Of a DNA stretch of 64,000 bases, positions 61,438-64,000 are shown piece after piece. The DNA comes from an uncultured Gammaproteobacteria bacterium (lineage in GTDB: Bacteria > Pseudomonadota > Gammaproteobacteria > Thiohalobacterales > Thiohalobacteraceae). Numbering within the stretch: the stretch's first letter is position 1; every line of letters starts with the position of its first letter. The stretch is taken from positions 19,130 through 83,129 of the forward strand of contig CAYWKV010000001.1 of the NCBI GenBank assembly GCA_964458835.1. The letters run 5' to 3'. A program made the position numbers and the translations under genes. A model generated the notes under the pieces. That model had not been told where the DNA came from. It worked only from the letters and a program-made list of their open reading frames with translations, and did no database searches.

Positions 61438-62649
61438 ATGAGCACATCAGACGCCTACACGCTTTACATCAATCGTGTGAGCAGTTCACCGGCTCCTGAT
61501 CCTACAGAGCAGCTGCGTCATGCAAGGCGCATGGACAGACATCTGCTGCGTGTCAGCCGTAGCTTGACGCTATCGCCGTCGGTTTTATCAATTATTGCCC
61601 AGGATATCGAGTCCTGCACCACTGGCGGTCATGTCAAGCGCGTCATATCACGTGTGTGTGTCCCGGCCGATCTTGCGGGCAATGAGCGTGAGAGCGACGA
61701 GAAGCAGGTAATTGCGCAGTGTACGACGCGCTTATTGAGTCTAATTCGGGAAAATGGCAACCCATCGCCTAATGAGGTACGAGCCCACCTGTCATGGATA
61801 CGATTCAGTCGTGATTATCTTTACTCGTTGGTCGAGCGTCTATCGGTGGGAGCGACCGGCGATGCGGTGGTGACAGGCATGATGCGCAGAATTGGGTCAT
61901 TTATTCGGCATGCACTGAGCCGTATTGACGATGAGATCGACCATCTTGTGCAGGCCAACCAGCGTTTGGTTGTTACTACGGCGCGTCAATATCAGTACGG
62001 CCCCATCCCATTCATGGACTTGGTCCAGGAAGGTAATCTTGGCATTCTGCGGGCTGCAGAGCGCTTCGATCCTTACCGGGATACTCGCTTCTCCACGTAT
62101 GCCTCCTGGTGGATTAGACGCGCCATGGTCTATGCGATAGCACGCCAAGGGCATGTCGTACAACCGTCAGTGTCCAGATTTTGGGAGACAAAAAAGCTTG
62201 TCAGGGATCTTGATAAGCTGGAGATGGTGCTCGGCCGCAAACCCAGTCAGTCAGAGGCATCAGTGGAGCTCCAGCGGACTACCCTCGAGCTCGCAGGTGT
62301 ACGCGAGACGTTGGCGCAGGCCATATCACTTGATGGGCCGGTGTCAGCCGAATCAGACATACCCCTGATCGACAGAGTGCCAGCCGATGAAGGCGACATT
62401 CATGATGTGATGGCGCATGGTGATGCTGTGCGGATAGTTGCGAGCCTGCTCGATCAGCTTCCGAAACGCCATGCAGGGATTCTGAGAATGCGATTCGGAA
62501 TCGGTGTACATGAGTCATGCACACTGGAGCAAATAGCGCAGCAACAGGGCGTAACCCGTGAGCGCATTCGACAGCTGGAAGCCCAGGCGCTCGGTATGAT
62601 TCGAAATAATATCACGTTAGAAATGATCGCCGATTATTTGATGGACTGA
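61438..62649 (+). CDS. sigma-70 family sigma factor (RpoD/RpoS-like regions 1.2, 2, 3, 4) with a long insertion after region 1.2
   Basis: YINRVSS... (region 1.2), LVQANQRLVVTTARQY...DLVQEGNLGILRAAERFDP...FSTYASWWIRRAM (region 2), TLEQIAQQQGVTRERIRQLEAQAL (region 4.2). Confidence 0.85.
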   Translation: MSTSDAYTLYINRVSSSPAPDPTEQLRHARRMDRHLLRVSRSLTLSPSVLSIIAQDIESCTTGGHVKRVISRVCVPADLAGNERESDEKQVIAQCTTRLLSLIRENGNPSPNEVRAHLSWIRFSRDYLYSLVERLSVGATGDAVVTGMMRRIGSFIRHALSRIDDEIDHLVQANQRLVVTTARQYQYGPIPFMDLVQEGNLGILRAAERFDPYRDTRFSTYASWWIRRAMVYAIARQGHVVQPSVSRFWETKKLVRDLDKLEMVLGRKPSQSEASVELQRTTLELAGVRETLAQAISLDGPVSAESDIPLIDRVPADEGDIHDVMAHGDAVRIVASLLDQLPKRHAGILRMRFGIGVHESCTLEQIAQQQGVTRERIRQLEAQALGMIRNNITLEMIADYLMD

Positions 62650-63594
62650 GTGCCAATTATGAACCAGGAACTGTTGCGTAGGTTGACCCAATGTACGGAC
62701 TTACCGAGCCCGCCACATATCGCGTTGCGCGTGCTGGATGCAACCCAGGACGCTAGCCTTTCGACCAAGGATGTTGTGGCGCTCATCGAGAAGGATCCGG
62801 CATTGGCGACGCGGCTTATTCGGATAGTGAACTCGCCATATTACGGCCAGACACGATTGCACAAATCTGTACAGGATGCCGTGATGATGCTCGGGGTACG
62901 AAAAACACTCAATGTCGCCCTGACGTTTTCACTGATGGCTTCTCTGACCACTCGACGCAGCGAGGGTCTGGATTATGGTGTGTTCTGGAAACGTGCATTA
63001 CTTTCTGCCAGCTATGCGCGCGCGATATGCGCTCACCTAGGGCACCCAGACGCGGAAGAGGCCTATCTGGCCGCTTTGCTACAAGACGTCGGAATGTTGG
63101 CACTAGACCAGGTTCAGCGTAATCTATACGTAAAAACAACACCCAAATCGGGCTTCCATCGGTTGGCACGCCAAAGAGAAGAAGCCCTCGCGGAAGCTGA
63201 CCATGCCACTGTCGGGTCATGGCTCCTGGCGAGGTGGGGTTTCCCACATCGAATAATCCAGGCTGTCGCCGACAGCCACCGTGGTATTGGCGACCCAAAT
63301 CCTGGTGTTGAACAGGATCCTTTTAACGCATGTGTTGGGCTGTCTGGCGTCTTCGCCGATGTATGGCTTGAGAGCCCCTGGGGCGAGCAATTGACACACG
63401 CGTTCGACGCCGCGTTTGAGCTTCTCCGGCTCACGGGGGATACGGTCGTGAAGCTCCTATCGCCCATGGGGAAGGACGTGGCGATGCTGGAGGAATTGTT
63501 TGGAAGTGCCGTGATTAAGGAATCAGACGCGGCAGAACTTGAAGCACTTGCGAGACGGGTTTTGCGCGAACGCGAGCCAGACCCAAAACCATAA
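62650..63594 (+). CDS. HDOD domain protein
   Basis: LPSPPHIALRVLDATQD...LIEKDPALATRLIRIVNSPYYG...AVMMLGVRKTLNVAL...AALLQDVGMLAL...HATVGSWLLARWGFP. Confidence 0.85.
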   Translation: MPIMNQELLRRLTQCTDLPSPPHIALRVLDATQDASLSTKDVVALIEKDPALATRLIRIVNSPYYGQTRLHKSVQDAVMMLGVRKTLNVALTFSLMASLTTRRSEGLDYGVFWKRALLSASYARAICAHLGHPDAEEAYLAALLQDVGMLALDQVQRNLYVKTTPKSGFHRLARQREEALAEADHATVGSWLLARWGFPHRIIQAVADSHRGIGDPNPGVEQDPFNACVGLSGVFADVWLESPWGEQLTHAFDAAFELLRLTGDTVVKLLSPMGKDVAMLEELFGSAVIKESDAAELEALARRVLREREPDPKP

Positions 63595-63671
63595 GGTGAT
63601 CGCTGGCTGCAGGATCCACGGTGCCGTAGGTGACGGCGTCAGGAACGCAGCCCATGCTGATTAGAAGAATA

Positions 63672-64000
63672 ATGAAACAAAAGACAATAAATCAACCCAG
63701 GAACGGGTGCCGCGTGCCTCCTACACGCATGTGTAACAGCCGATTACTTTGTGTAGCAGCATTGGTGTTACAAGCTCAGGCAGTCGATATTCGGGCGGAT
63801 ACCGCGGGAGGAATAGGTGACACAGGCCGTCTCAAATCCGAGCAGCAACGAGTGACGCCGTCGCCCCTTCCATCCGCAGATGAGGACCGGGATTTCGTTC
63901 TCCCACCTATCGATGAACCTAGTAGAACGGGCGCAGTGGGCAGCGGAGTAAAGTTTCATTTACGGGCTATTCACGTCAAAGGCGCAACCGCGATAGACGC
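63672..64000 (+). CDS. 5' part of a ShlB/FhaC-type (TpsB) two-partner-secretion transporter, runs off the window
   Basis: Open frame to the window edge. Signal peptide ...RLLCVAALVLQAQA, then ...EQQRV...FVLPPID...VKFHLRAIHVKGATAID, typical of the TpsB N-terminus and POTRA start. Confidence 0.5.
   Translation, partial: MKQKTINQPRNGCRVPPTRMCNSRLLCVAALVLQAQAVDIRADTAGGIGDTGRLKSEQQRVTPSPLPSADEDRDFVLPPIDEPSRTGAVGSGVKFHLRAIHVKGATAID

Overview
GC-rich proteobacterial conjugative plasmid or ICE backbone, almost fully coding, with most genes on the minus strand.

Left to right:
- a decayed IS256-type transposase
- conjugation accessory genes (SLT lytic transglycosylase, S49/SppA peptidase)
- a plus-strand cargo operon (degenerate NYN-like protein, YbjQ, two lipoproteins, HDOD-like protein)
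- a TnpB C-terminal fragment
- a tyrosine recombinase translationally coupled to an unknown Cys-rich protein
- about 1 kb of hairpin-rich non-coding DNA
- a ParM-type partition locus with phased upstream repeats
- a small TA-like cluster
- a complete F-type T4SS in SXT/IncA/C-like order (ompA-dsbC-pilin-traLEKBV-traC-traN-traWU-trbC-S26 peptidase-traFHG)
- T4CP TraD and a MOBH-type TraI
- a possible FlhC-like activator
- a REC-HK / LuxR-type RR / Hpt phosphorelay
- three operons that share one promoter/leader module: HExxH-vWA; CobS/MoxR-like AAA+ with unknowns; unknown-SSB-RecT-YqaJ exonuclease
- two ParB genes plus ParA
- an iteron oriV with Rep
- an Xre-RES TA pair
- a DUF1173-like protein
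- a sigma-70 family factor with an HDOD protein
- the 5' end of a TpsB-like transporter

I found no rRNA, tRNA or CRISPR array.

Most interesting observations:
1. A conserved box plus two-hairpin leader module is repeated 4 times and defines a regulon.
2. The regulon includes an AAA+/vWA-metalloprotease cluster of unknown function, and four of its neighbouring proteins end in Y-x-W.
3. TraN looks split or duplicated.
4. TraD has a non-canonical P-loop, and TraI lacks an HD dyad.
5. A Rep iteron copy lies outside oriV, in a parB promoter region.

All homology statements come from reading motifs by eye. No database search was run.
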